Below are positions 49,051 to 62,372 of a DNA stretch of 64,000 bases, in pieces. The notes under the pieces are model-generated. The model worked only from the letters and a program-made list of their open reading frames with translations. It ran no database searches and had not been told where the DNA came from. The translations under genes were made by a program, and so were the position numbers. Each line of letters starts with the position of its first letter. Positions within the stretch are counted from its first letter, which is position 1. Source of the DNA: Mustelus asterias (Eukaryota); contig NC_135819.1 of assembly GCF_964213995.1 (NCBI RefSeq), positions 66,712,001-66,776,000 of the forward strand. The letters are read 5' to 3'.

Positions 49051-50058
49051 ACACTTAAACTTAAATTATGTGATGTATTTATCAGGATATGATGACCTTA
49101 TTAAACCTATCTTGTTTTGGTAACGTTCCACTCGAGGTCAGTTCACACATTACTATGAACGGGTGGCTGGAAAAGTGAGTGAGTGCCCTTCCTGCCATTG
49201 ATGCTGTGGTCACCTACATGTACACATATATATTATATTTGATCTGAACCAAATTCATTAAGACATTGTCAACCTCCAGTGAAAGGATTTCCTGTATTAC
49301 AACATCTGTTATATGTCAACTGTTGTAGACCAAGTGACAAAAACATTTCTTGATGTATTTTCTATTTAAATGCAAGTCCGTTTAGCAATATCTGAACAGT
49401 TCCATGAGATAATTGTGAAATCATGTTCCCTCTGCTTACTTAAATACAAAGATGTTTGTGAGGTCTCCTTTTTTTTAAAAAACGAACATTAAAGATACGA
49501 GGAATGGGGGAAGACAATTTGGCCTACAGAGCTTCTCTCATTACAGCCGACCACAACTTTATCTTCTCACCAATTCCTTAATCACGTTCTCCAAAATCAT
49601 ATCTCATGATCTCACTGAAGCTATTTTCTTCAATTACTTCTTAAAGAAGAAAAAAGAATATGTATGCATATTTTGCAATTTCAGGATGTCCCAAAGTGAT
49701 TCGTAGCCAATTAAGTATCTTTGAATTGTAACTGAATTATGACAAATTTTCAATTAGTGTTTTAAAATGTTAGCCAATGGTTTAATGTTTGCCTGGGTAC
49801 CAGTCGAACTCCATTGCATTGTGCCATGGGATCTTTATCATCTGTGACCCACATGATTGGCTCTTTGGGACTTCACTTTAACATCACCGAGAAATAGCAC
49901 CGCCCTTCCTCATTACTCCACTGGATTATGTGCTCAAATCTCTGAAGCAGTCCTTCAACCCATGACCCTGTGACTCTCGTAGCAGACCACTACCAATGAA
50001 GAAAGGCTATTACCAGATCATATTCAATAACTTAAGGTAAAAATTAATCAACATCAGT

Positions 50059-50322
50059 GGTGGTGGCACAGTGGTTAACACTGCTGCCTCACAGCGCCAG
50101 GGACTCGGGTTCAATTCCCAGCTTGGGTCATCGTCTGTGTGGAGTTTGAATGTTCTCCCCATGTCTGCATGGGTTTCCTCCAGTTTCCTCCCATATTCTG
50201 AAAGACGTGCTGGTTAGGTGCATTGACCCGAACAGGCGCCAGAGTGTGGTAACTAAGGGAATTTCACAGTAACTTCATTGCAGTATTAATGTAAGCCTTA
50301 TTTGTGAATAATAAGTAAACTT
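50059..50322 (+). mobile_element. V-SINE, alternative tail, near full length
   Basis: Boxes A and B, V-domain, tail. Confidence 0.88.
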
Positions 50323-50439
50323 TAACTTTTTGGACAACCTGCAGCCCGTTATTTTACTAATTAGTCCTTTCGGATCCCAAATCACCCTTTTAAATCCTGC
50401 ATGCTGCCACACTGTCTTCTATTTAACAAAGTAATGATC

Positions 50440-50990
50440 TTCCTTAGAACTGGTTGGTGCGTATATTACTTGCCACTTATCAGCCCAATCCTGGATATTG
50501 TCCAGATCTTGCTGCATTTGGATGTGGACTGCTACCTGAGGAGTTGTGGATGGTGCTGAACACTGTGCAATCATCAGTGAACATCCCCAATTCTGACCTA
50601 TGATAGAAGAAAGGTCATTGAAGGAGCTGAAGATGGTTGGTCTTGGACACTACCCTGAAAAACAATTCTTGCATTGAACTGAAATGATTGACCTCCAACA
50701 CGTATAACCATCTTCCTTTGTGTCAGGTATGACTCCAACTGGTGGAGAGTTTACCCCTGATCCCCATTGATACCAGGTTTGCTGGGGCGCCTTGATGCCA
50801 TATTGGTCAAATGTTGTCTTGATGTCAAGGGTAGTCACTTGCCTCATCTCTGGAGTTTTACCCTTTTGTCGACATTTGAACAAAGGCTGTAATGAGGTCA
50901 GAAGCTGAGTAGCCCTGGTGGCATTCAAACTGAGTATTAGTGCACAGTTTATTGCCAAGCAAGTGCCATTGGATAGCACTGTTGGTGACT
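50440..50990 (-). mobile_element. CR1/L2-superfamily LINE RT fragment
   Basis: LDIKTTFD and QGSV..PTIFS RT motifs with frameshifts. Confidence 0.65.
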
Positions 50991-51573
50991 CCTATTATAG
51001 CACGAAGTAATATGACAAGAGCCTTAAATTACAAAGGTAATTTATTGAACAACTGTTATAACTATATGCAGACAAGCTCCGATACAGGTCTAGTCCCATC
51101 AACTCCCAGGCTCTCACTGCAGGTCCCATATGCCCAGACCCATGCCCTAACATCCAACAGGCTGAGGTTCGTGCGCCACCTGGTCCATTGTCGAGTAGTG
51201 CTTCGGGCTCCTGAAGATGATGTTCCGCTGCCTGGACTGTTCTAATGGAGTTTTCTAGCACAGCCCCCTGAGGGTCTCACACATCGTGATGGTCTGCTGT
51301 GCACTCCACAACCTGGCTCAACAGTGGAGAGACATCACAGAGGAGGAGAACTGGGTGGACGGCCCTGAGGAGAAGGAGACCCAGGAGGATGTGAAAGATG
51401 AGCCCACTCCGAGAGGCGGCTCAAAAGGTCCAGCAGCACAAGATGACAAGGAAGGCCCTCATCGTCACAAGGTTCTTTGACTAAGAGGTGTGATGTCCCA
51501 TAGCTCCATCCATCAAACCCCCAACCCACCCACACCCCCCCGCCCCATTCCACGCCCTGCCATGGATATCCTT

Positions 51574-52044
51574 AGTAAGAAGTTTAACAACACCAGGTTA
51601 AAGTCCAACAGGTTTATTTGGTAGCAAAAGCCACACAAGCTTTCGGAGCTCTAAGCCCCTTCTTCAGGTGAGTGGGAATTCTGTTCACAAACAGAGCTTA
51701 TAAAGACACAGACTCAATTTACATGAATAATGGTTGGAATGCGAATACACCTGAAGAAGGGGCTTAGAGCTCCGAAAGCTTGTGTGGCTTTTGCTACCAA
51801 ATAAACCTGTTGGACTTTAACCTGGTGTTAAGTATTTGCATTCCAACCATTATTCATGTAAATTGAGTCTGTGTCTTTATAAGCTCTGTTTGTGAACAGA
51901 ATTCCCACTCACCTGAAGAAGGGGCTTAGAGCTCCGAAAGCTTGTGTGGCTTTTGCTACCAAATAAACCTGTTGGACCTTAACCTGGTGTTGTTAAACTT
52001 CTTACTGTGTTTACCCCAGTCCAACGCCGGCATCTCCACATCAT
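51574..52044 (+). mobile_element. Rearranged Penelope pLTR insert with three hammerhead motifs
   Basis: One minus copy (~51638-51668) and two plus copies (51751, 51913); TSD ggatatcctt at 51564-51573 and 52045-52054. Confidence 0.9.
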
Positions 52045-54452
52045 GGATATCCTTGACAGCACATCAGAATGATGGGCCTGGGTTGGCCATGTTAGCGAGT
52101 CCAGGCAGGAAGGTGATGACAACTCACTATGTAGCACATTGATGATGCCCTGGTGCAACACAAGTCTGACTCCTACCTGTTCTCTGACTGCACACTGGCA
52201 CCTGGGTCCATTTCTGAGTGAGGGTTGGGGGCGCCACCGTGCAGCCCAATGCATCGGGGGTGGAGTTGAGAGGGGGAGGGTGCTGGTCCTAGGATCCGGT
52301 GGGTGCTGGGGATGCCATTCAAGGCTGTCACTGTGGGCCTACATGGTCCCCACTGCTGGGACTGATTGGGGGGCCAGTGGGGACTGAAGCAGAGCAGCTT
52401 AGACTGCTGAGTCCTCTGTCAACAGTGGGGGGCTAGTGACCTTGTGACCTTAACGCCGTTTTTGGATGAGCACTTGGAGTACCATGGCAGTCAGGGATCT
52501 GGCACAGGTACTAGGAACTGGAGCACCCAGCAGACCCAATAGGCCTAGAGCCTCTCTCGCACTCTCGCACTGAACATTCTGATCATATATGCGTACAGCC
52601 GGGGTACAGCGGATCACGGACAGATTAGCCACAGCTGTGGGTTGCAATAACATTTATTAGTGAAGTTGTAGATTGACAATTACCAAAACCCTAACTAGTG
52701 CATGCCCCCTTGATGACCCTACAACTTCTTAACCTTACATGGCCTACCGCTACATGAAGGTGCCCCCAGGGTGCACATCAGAGGTGGGAGGTGGTCAGCT
52801 GTGTTCCGCCCCTCTTGGCCTGCATCCCCTGGAGGGCCCGGCTGATTTTCGGGTGTCACGGATATAGCCGTGCCACCCTGATCAGCCGTCTTCCCGAGAC
52901 ATACACCGCTATCAGGAAGGGGGGGATTTGGAAGGGCTGGGGATGGGCAGGGTCTCCTGAATGGAAGAACCCAGTTGGGCTTTAGCATTTCCTCCTCCCT
53001 CGGGGCGCTTTATTGGTCCCTGGGACACTTCATGGGATGGCGGGCAGCTTCAGAGGTCCCGGCCTCAACTAGCTCTGCTCGTCTTAAAGGCCCAACTGCG
53101 TATGCACCGTGGTGTATGAGCCCTCAGCAATGGCCCTCTAAGACTACGCCATGTCTGGATCCCCTCATCAATAGACCTCTGAGTCAGGGACATACACTGG
53201 AGCCCCTCAACAGTAGCCCTGTGAGCCTAGGCCATGTTCTGGATACCCTCAGCAAGAGCCCTTTGGGACTCGTTCTCGGCCTGCAGCTATGGCCAGCTGT
53301 AACTGGGCCATTCTCTTGGAGCCCACAGCAATGATCTGCTGTGTCTCCAGCATGCTTCCAGCTACGCCTTAGACTCTGTCACTCATGACTACCGCTTCCT
53401 GCCCCAGGCTCTCCATTGCAGTCACCACCCTTGTAGTGTTGGCTTAGGTGTCATACAATGCTGGCACCATCTCCTACGACTGAAGGCTATGGGACTCCAC
53501 CAAACAGCTTTGTAATTGTTGAAAAGTTGCTGACAGCCCCTCCTGCAATCCCCGTCTCTGCTTCTGCATTTCAAGCAGCTGATCCCAGTAGCCCGGTACA
53601 TGGCTGGGGGCCAGCTGTCTCCTTGACTCTGGGAGACCTCTGCCTTCCCAAGTCCTTGGATGTTTCCGCCTCCACCTGATATACATCAACGGCTGTGTGA
53701 TGTTCACCAGAAAGTTTCCCAAAAAACTCACCACTAACATGTCCCACTGAATCTGCTCTGGTAGATGGTGCCTGTGTCGACTGGTAAGTGCTTTCCTCAG
53801 AGGTTTCTCCTGGGCTTTCCTCTGAGGTTTCTTTGGATCTTCCCTCCGAGGTATTGACTGAGGTCACAGTGGGGGCAGTGGCCATGGGGAGGGAAGGGGG
53901 CGATTCCTGATGGCCTGGTCTCATCAGGGTCCCCTCCTGCAAAAGAAGACACGTGGTTCAGTGCAAGGGAGGGACAGGTATCTGAGCAGATTGCAACTTA
54001 ATTGAAATAGGTCATAGGAATGAAAGCTTTGTGGCTCCTAACTTCTGTGGCGCACTCTGACCTGGCTGTCAGTCACAGCTCTATCCTCGGCCTCCTCTGA
54101 CAGGTCAGAGACACAGAGGAGATGCATAGCTTGGGGACCCCATCTCCAGTCTTCCCTGCTCCTCCCTGTTATGGGCCATTTTTTCCTGTGGGAACAAAAG
54201 TGGGGGTTGAAAGCCTGATGGCTGGAAGTCCACGGGGTATTGCAGGTGGGGGCAATCGGGTGGCATATTTTGGCATTGTGCCTTGGCAGACAGGGGTTGT
54301 GATTGGGGTTGTCAAAGGAGTTGAAGAAGGGTGCTAGGGGTCGGGTGCTAGAAGGCCGTGGGATGTCAGGGAGTGGATCGATGTGGACATTCCAGGCGTG
54401 ACACACAGGACTGGCAGGACAGAATGGACACTCACTCTTGCTTTAGCGTGTA

Positions 54453-54760
54453 GAATCATAGAATCATAGAATCCTACAGTGCAGAAGGAGGCCATTCGGC
54501 CCATCGAGTCTGCACCGACAACAATCCCACGCATTTACCCTAGCTAGTCCCCCTGACACTAAGGGGTAATTTAGCATAGCCAATCCAGCTAACCCACACC
54601 TCTTTGGACTGTGGGAGGAAACCGGAGCACCCGGAGGAAATCCACGCAAACACGGGGAGAATGTGCAAGCTCCGCACAGACAGAGACCCAAGCTGGGAAT
54701 CGAACCTGGGACCCTGGCGCTGTGAGGCTACAGTGCTAACCACTTTGCCACTATGCCACC
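54453..54760 (-). mobile_element. HE1-type V-SINE with CR1 tail
   Basis: Same structure as 101-438; (attctatg)n tail. Confidence 0.92.
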
Positions 54761-56124
54761 CAAACTAGGCCATTCATTTTTTTCAGCACTGCCTGCCAGT
54801 CTCCGTGTCAGTGCACGGGCACTGACAGCAGCTGCTATCACTAACCAGGCCGCATTGCCGGTCCAACCCCTGGGTCTTAATTAATCTAACATGCTACAAA
54901 TAGCAAGAAGAAAGGGTGCAAGTTAATCACCTATTATAATCGCTGCATCAGTCTGAAGGTTGTCCAATTTTGCCCCCGGTATTTTATCAATCTCTGGCAT
55001 GGAAATTTGAATGCATTGCTTTGATTCCTCACTAACATGTACACAATGTGCTCGAATCTACTCTGTGATAATCCATCAGTGACAGCACACTTTTATCCAA
55101 TGTTCTGTGCCCTTCTCTCAATGACTTGTAACAGTACAGTAGGACTCCAATGCTATGCTCTCAGCCTGACATTGACACTGACCTCTGAGACCGCACTGTA
55201 ACCGCTATATACTGTGCTTATCTCGTATTGATACAATAGAACCTCAATGCTAATCCATCACTCATTTAAGACAGTAATCTTAGTCCCAATGCTTTGTGCA
55301 TGTGCCTCCCTCACTAACCTGTGACATATTGTGTGCAACCACATATAACAATTATCAATGGGTTTCTTTGAAAAGAAACATAAATAAAAACATTGAAAGT
55401 GTTTCATCTCAATATATTACTGCCTTTTCCCTGTGATATTCTGCATAAAGCCACTTTTTTACTGCCTTAATGTAATTTTATGAACCAGTACATGACCTTT
55501 AGAAAGATGCACAACGATCAGACCATATGTATGAATACTAAGTGAATGTGCTGGTGTGACTTTCTGTTCTGGGACTGGGTTTAAAAATATTCGTCAATTT
55601 GAATGAAAATGCAAGCACATGTTAAAAAGTGATTAGCAGAAAGCAATAATGGACTGTTTACTTGGGCTGAATATTAATCCTGTTCAAAGGCAGAAAATTA
55701 TGAAAAATATACAGTTTTCTGCTAAGACTTTTTCAAAGAGTTCTCATGAAATTGTATTGCACAACAGCGTAAAAATGAAAAGTGGGTATTGAAATCAGGT
55801 TATGCATGTTGTTGGCTGAATGAATAGCAAGGTTTCAAAGTAGCAGCACAGCCGCAGAGATGGTGTAAAGATAAATGATTCAGTCAATGTTTCCATTAAC
55901 TACATCATATTTGAATAGAAGCTGAAAAAAACAAACCTTAATGTGAATAGAAATTGAACCTAAAGGAATAAATAATGTTAAAGGAATATTCAAATAGTAG
56001 ATATATGTTCAATGGAAGAATCAACAGTTGTGTGTGATCCTGACAGTTGTGCTGTTGAACTCCGCTGCTGGCTCTGCTCAATTTCCAACCAAATAAGCAA
56101 TTGAGCCCTCAATTTAAGTTCAAG

Positions 56125-56391
56125 TTCATTTTATTAGTAGGCTTACATTGCAGTGTTAATGAAATTACTGTGATCCCCTAGTTGCCACACTCTGGCACCT
56201 GTTCGGGTACACAGAGGAAATTTAGCATAGCCAATGCACCTAACCAGCATGTTTTTGGACTGTGGGAGAACCCAGAGGTCACCCACGCAGACACTGGGAG
56301 AACGTGCAAACTCCACACAGACAGTGATCCAAGCTGGGAATCGAACCTGGGTCCCTGGGAGCAGCGCTAACCACTATGCCACCATGCTGCC
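56125..56391 (-). mobile_element. V-SINE, alternative tail, degraded
   Basis: Head, V-domain and tail recognisable with deletions. Confidence 0.8.
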
Positions 56392-56874
56392 TCATAATTT
56401 AATGTCTCATCTGACATTAAATAGTCACTCCTTCAATACTGCACCGGAATGTTGGTTTTTTTTCTGTCCAAGCCCTGAACTGGGACTTAAACCCAGCATT
56501 TTGTGACTCAGGGGAAAATGACACCAATTGAGCCACCGTTGTCACAACTGACTACCGTTGATGGACAATAAAACTCAAGGTTGCATACTCTTTGCTACTT
56601 TACATAACAACCCTGACATTTTATACTCAGATTATGCCCCATGCAAACTTTATTTAATAGTTTCTCTTTGTGTAAAACTGAATGCATTACAATGGTGCCA
56701 ATATCTATTAAATTATGAGCCAATCCATAAGTTAATATCAGGCCCACGTGCCTCAGCCCAGTGAAAGAATTCCTGGCTCGGGTCACTGTCTTTGGAGTCT
56801 GCAAGTTCTCCCCGTGCCTTGTTTAATATTGCAATAGGATTTTTAAATTGTCAAAAACGGGAAGAAACTGATAT

Positions 56875-59800
56875 ATGATTTAGAAGCAGGAGTAGGTCAC
56901 TTGACCCCTTGAGTCTGCCCTGCCATTTAATAAGATCACAGCTGATCTGATTGTAATATTGAATCCACATTCCCACCTACCCCTGAGAGCCTTTTACCCC
57001 CTTGCTTATCAAGAATCCATTTAGCTCTGCCTTAAAAATATTCAAGGATTCTATTTCCACTGCCTTTAGAGGAAGAGTTCCAAATACTCATGATCCTCAG
57101 AGAAAAAATTCTCCTCATTTCTGTCTTAAATGGATGACCTCTTAGTTTTAAATAGTGACCCCTAGTTCTAGATTCTTCCACAAGTGGAAACGACTGCACA
57201 CATTCACCCTGTTAAGACCCTTGTATGTTTCAATCAAGTTGCTTCTTACTCTTCTAAACTCCAGTGGATACAAGCCTACCCTGTCTAACCTTTCCTCATA
57301 AGACAACCCACCCATTCCAGGTATTAGTCTGGTAAATCTTGTCTGACTATTTTCAATGCTTTACATTGTTCCTTAAATAAGGAGATAAATAGTATACACA
57401 GTACTCCAGATGTAGTCTCCCCAAAGCCCTATTTTACTGCTAACTCTCTACTTTGTATTAAATTCTTCTCACAATAAACAATGTCATTCTATTAGCTTTC
57501 CTATTTACTTGCTGTACCTGCACACTAACCTTTTGCAATTCATGTACTGGGACACCCAGATCCCTCTGCATCTCAGAGCTGTGCAATCTCTCACCATATA
57601 TATTAAATGCTCTTTCTTTATTCTTCCTGCCAAAATGGACAATTTCACATTTTCCCACATACTCCAGATCTTTGTCCTCTCATTTGACCAAAGTCTGATT
57701 TCAGTGAGGGTGATATTAGCAGATTTAATATTGCTTGGAATCTGCTTCTATGTTGCTTCTTTCATTGTGTTTTATTTAACAAGATCTTCTGCAATCTTCA
57801 CCAAGCCCATTTGCCTTGAATCAGTGAGTCTGAACCAGAAAGGATTGTCGACCAATAGAATGTTTCCTTGTGTTTCCTGATGCCACTGAATAAACAGCCA
57901 TGGGAAGGTAAAGTTGGCTGAATAAATGTTCCAGATGAGTTGCAATTCAGTACAGATTAATTACTTAGTTTTGGTGCAAATCTACCCAAAGAGCACTGAG
58001 CCGTTTACACAATTACACAAGGGTAATTACTCACCATTCTCTAAGCTAATCTGGGGGGGGGGGGGAAATATGAGAAGAAACTCAAAGTAATGGTATGCAA
58101 TAGAATCTGTGGGCAGGTGATAGAGCAGCTCTACACAATGTCCTATTTCATAAAGTCCTGGCTGACAAGATGGATATTATGATCCAGGTGGTGGATATGT
58201 GGCTTTCTGTGATATCTTTCCCCTAGGATAGTGGTGCATCAAACCTGGAATGAGCATGGCAAGGACTGAACTGAACTGTGGTGGAGTTTGACCACAGATC
58301 AAATTGCAATATGCCACACAATTCTCCCTGGTGTAATTGAACCAATTCATGCTGGTGGGACTGCTCAATCTCCTTGTGCATCATTCAATTGCCCCTCCTT
58401 TTTCCTACACCATGCCCCTTGAGCCTGCTCTATAATTTAATAAGATCATAGCTGATCATCCCCTCACCAAATATCTATCCACCTCTGCCTTAAAAATATT
58501 CAAAGACTCTGCTCCTATCACCTTTTCAGGAAGAGAGTTCCAAAGGTTCACAACCCTCTGAGTGAAAATAATTCACCTCATCAATGTTTCGGATGGGCAA
58601 CCTCTTATTTTTAACCAGTAACCCCCAGTTCTAGATCCTCCCACAAGAGGAAACATCCTCGCCACATCCACCCTGCCAAAAACCCCTCAGGATCTTGTGT
58701 TTCAATCAAGTCGCCTCTTACTTTTCTAAACTCCAGTGAATACAATCCTTGCCTGTTCTACCTTTCCTCATAAGACAATCTGTCTATTCCTGATATTGGT
58801 CTGGTAAACCACAGCACAAGACAGGGTCCAATGGAGGAGCACTGTTGTGGCCTTATGTTCCACCTGGATTAGGAGGATAACTAACGAACAGAAAAGCATA
58901 GTATTTAATTTTGTTTTCTCTTGCTAATTAATGAAAACTATGTAGGAATTTTCCAGGGCCCTTAACGAGTGCATGATGCGAATTCTGCAAGCAAGAACCA
59001 CGCCAAATGCAATAAACTGAGAAAGGAAGTGAAGAGGAAAATAATAGTCATAGAGAGCTGATGAACATAGAATGACAGTTGACATAAAAGGGAACTCAAA
59101 AATCTTCGACCAGTATATAAATAGCAAGTAGGTAGAAGGAGGTGGGTTGCTATTATTGGGAATAAAAGAATGATGTATGCGTAGAGGTGCAAGGCAAGGC
59201 TAGAATACTGATTGAGTATTTTAAATCAGCGTTTACTAAGGAAGAGATGTTGACCAAAATATCAGTAGAAGCAGAGATGGTGGAAGTAATGGATGGGTGA
59301 AAATTTGGAGACAGGATGTACTGGAAAGGCTGGCTATCCTTTGAGTGGATAAAGTCCAAATGGCTTGCATTCCAGATTGCTAAAGGAAGTAAGATAGGGG
59401 AAGGATTTGCCACATAATCTTCCAATCTTCCCCAGATATGGAGGATGTGCTGAAGGATTGGAGAGTGACAAATGTGACACCTTTATTCAATACAGAGTGT
59501 AAAAACATTTTTAGTAACTACAGACTTAACGACAGTGGTGGATAATGTTTTTGAAACCATCATCAGGAAATTAAATCAACATACACATGAAGAGGTTGGA
59601 GTTCATTAAGGATAGCCAGCACAGACTTGTAAATGGCAGATCATGCTTGACTCATCTAATTGATTTTTTGTTGAACTAAAACAGAGAAGGTTGATGAAGG
59701 AAACACTGGATGGGATTTTATGGCCTCGCTCATCCCAAAACTGTAAAATTCCGCCCGAGGTCAACAGATAATTCCATTGCTTGCCCCTCGCCCGCTCTGG

Positions 59801-60060
59801 TTCTGTGGCGGCTAAATCTGGCCGTATGTTCATATGGATTTTGAAAAAAACATTTGACAATGTACCACAAAAAGATTGGTTAGCAAAATGAAGACTTATG
59901 GAATAGGAGGATTTTTTTTAAAAATTGATTTTTGCCTTAAAACAATGAGTTATGATAAAAGGTTGTTTTTCAAATTGGAGTAAAGTAGACGAGGTTCCTT
60001 GCTAGGACCATTATTTTTATGAGATTTGATAGAGGTATACAAGATTATGATAGGTTTAAA
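56875..60060. mobile_element. Cluster of old CR1 fragments (56875-57670 minus, 58415-58810 minus, 58975-60060 plus) and a ~115-bp MITE at ~59710-59823
   Basis: KCEIVHFGRKN, QRDLGV and 3' UTR gatcacagctgatc motifs; the plus piece has EYFKSAFTKE and MDF.KTFDNVP. Confidence 0.7.
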
Positions 60061-60628
60061 TAAAGGGCTCCTGGCTAACCATGTGTGAACAGGGGCAAAC
60101 AAAAATTGAAATAAAGCCAATGGAAAGAAGTTGAGAAATACATTCAATATGCTGCTAAGAATATTCCAAGTGAATTATTTCAATTCTCCTCTATCAATAT
60201 TGTTGGCCATTGCTGCTATTTATTTGAATGGGTGGATGAATCAAGACAGTAATCTGGGTGCTATGTGGTGTACAAATTAATACTGTGACTGGATGCTCTT
60301 TTTATGGGTGGATGAATTGGCATTTTAATGGCTTAAATGCTGGAGAGATTGTATACATGAGAAAATGGACAATGTGTAATTCAAAACACAAATTGGTTGG
60401 CATAAAGCCCCAGATCCACAATATTAAGTGATTAAGTTTAACTATTTATATTTAAATTAAACAAGCTGCACAGAAAACTGTGGCTGCTATTATGCCATCT
60501 GCTCAAAAAACATGCTCAGCTCACTATACTAAAAGCACCTTTAGAAGACTCAAGTTCTGTGCTATAAGAATGATCAAAATCCTAGGCAGTGACAAATTGA
60601 TCTTGTATGTAACCTTAACATCAAGCAT

Positions 60629-60735
60629 CAGATCAAGCTCAGGATGGGGTGCAATGCCTTACCCTGTCAGCTTGGGTCTTGTTTGTCTCTCTTGTGGGGA
60701 TCATAAATTGAATTCAATTGGAATTTGAATTTGGT
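60629..60735 (+). repeat. Second, older copy of the body of the U2-headed repeat at 20440-20560
   Basis: Collinear blocks agatca.gc.ca.ga..gggg / tgtcagcttgg.tc / tgtctc..cttgt.g.gg / tttgaatt.gg. Confidence 0.6.
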
Positions 60736-61001
60736 TTTAGGACCAAGCAAGGAATGGATTTGGGTCTGCCTGGGCATTGTAACTAAGAATGGAGTAAAAA
60801 AAATAGAAATCTCACATAAGTAAGTCTTCTTACAATCATAGCTGCATATAAACCATTAGTGCACCTATTACACCCTGCCACCATGTGTCTTGTCCATGTG
60901 CTGTCACTCATTGCTCCATATCCTTTTGCACTTAAGGTTATCTCATGATGCAGTCAGTTTGGCTGATGAGTTCTGACTAGTAACTTTACCAAAGTAACAT
61001 C

Positions 61002-61047
61002 ATGATATTATTTTGCCTTTTCCTGCAGTTGCTGATAACCTTTGCAG
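61002..61047 (+). CDS. Leader (signal peptide) exon MILFCLFLQLLITFA of the IgSF receptor gene
   Basis: aacatcATG context, hydrophobic core, phase-1 donor GCAG|gtacgt compatible with the V exon; CATATAAA at ~60845. Confidence 0.8.
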
Positions 61048-61147
61048 GTACGTGACCTAAGGATGGTATTTTTAGTTTGAAAATCAAAATTGAAGTTAGA
61101 TGTTAAATAACCATAGAATGTGGCACCTGTATAGTGAATGATTAAAG

Positions 61148-61411
61148 TAAAAAGTAAAGTTTATTTATTAGTCACAAGTAAGGCTGACATTAACACTGCG
61201 AAGAAGTTACTGTGAAATTCCTCTAGTCCCCCCATTCCTGCACCTAACCAGCACTTCTTTCAGAATGTGGGAGGAAACCGGAGCACCTGGAGGGAACCCA
61301 CACAGACACGGGGAGAACGTAGACTCCGCATAGACAGTGACCCAAGCCTGGAATCGAACGCAGGTCCCTGGAGTTCTGAGGCAGCAGTGCTAATTACTGT
61401 GCCACCGCCGC
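61148..61411 (-). mobile_element. V-SINE, alternative tail, in intron 1 of the IgSF gene
   Basis: Head, V-domain and ...taataaataaacttt tail. Confidence 0.85.
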
Positions 61412-62372
61412 TAAATTACAAGTAATGATATGAATAAATTGTCTTTAGTTTAGTGAGGATATTTTACATGGATTTGAGTTCGACATGACTTATTCCTCCG
61501 TTGAGTTTTTGGAATCAGTTTTTTAAAACTAGGATAGGAGTATTTAATTTGATCTAAACCGGCGGTATCTAAATGTATTTCCATATACCACTTTACGTCA
61601 AGTTTTTAATTTAATTCCGTAGCATGCCAAAGCCTTTCACTGTATCTCTACTATAAATGCAACTAAAATCTGTAGAGAACTGATGTAAACTTTTCAAAAT
61701 AAGTATTGTACATGCCAGAAATTTGTTGTTTTATACAAAATAAAGTATTCGATTTACAGATGCTTAAATCTCTTGTTGCATGTGCCGTTCGTGAGCTAGC
61801 CGTCCATGTTCCTGAAGTTTGCTTCCATTAACTATCATTCCGTACTATGTATATCCTCATATAATACTCGCTGTTCGTACAGTGCGCTTTTAGTAAAATA
61901 CCATAATATTCTCAGTTATCAAGGTGGGTACAGATAATAATACTTTTCATTCTATGCTGCCTTGCATTATTATAACGCGTTACGGCTATGTTGTAAAAAC
62001 TGGTTATTTGACGCACAACGGCTATATTTTGAGCCCGCTGTTGGACTTATTTCGCACACAATCGGATAATTTGTGACCATCCCCGTTCCTTCAATACTGC
62101 TTAACACATAATATTAAATTCCTCTCTCTATGTTTAACACCTGGAAAAACATCTTTAAACTTATACGCCAATAAGGTTGAAAATACAAAATGTGTAGTAA
62201 CAGAGCACATTAATGTGAACGCATAAAATGTTTCATTTTGTATTTGAACAAAATGAAGTTAACGCTCCAATGAAAATAGGAGAGGCGTTTCACATATTCA
62301 CTTTCGTTGCTAATAATGAATGCACAGTGGGATTTTGACTCTCTGACATTACGTTGTATTACTCTTTTCAAG

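Larger units (their letters stand above)
51105..54977 (+). mobile_element. PIF/Harbinger DNA transposon relic: transposase C-terminus on plus, convergent second (Myb/SANT-type) gene remnant on minus
   Basis: SIVE*CFGLLKMMFRCLD...IVMVCCALHNLA at ~51180-51320, GC-rich minus-strand ORF remnants at 53340-54200, terminal ccaattttgccccc. Confidence 0.7.

Noticed and set aside
50059-50130. tRNA genes
   Set aside because: The A/B boxes belong to SINE heads and run into V-domain sequence without a full cloverleaf.
62323-62361. RSS heptamer CACAGTG near the V exon
   Set aside because: It is upstream of V in the intron with no nonamer at 12 or 23 bp, and the V already contains its J strand.
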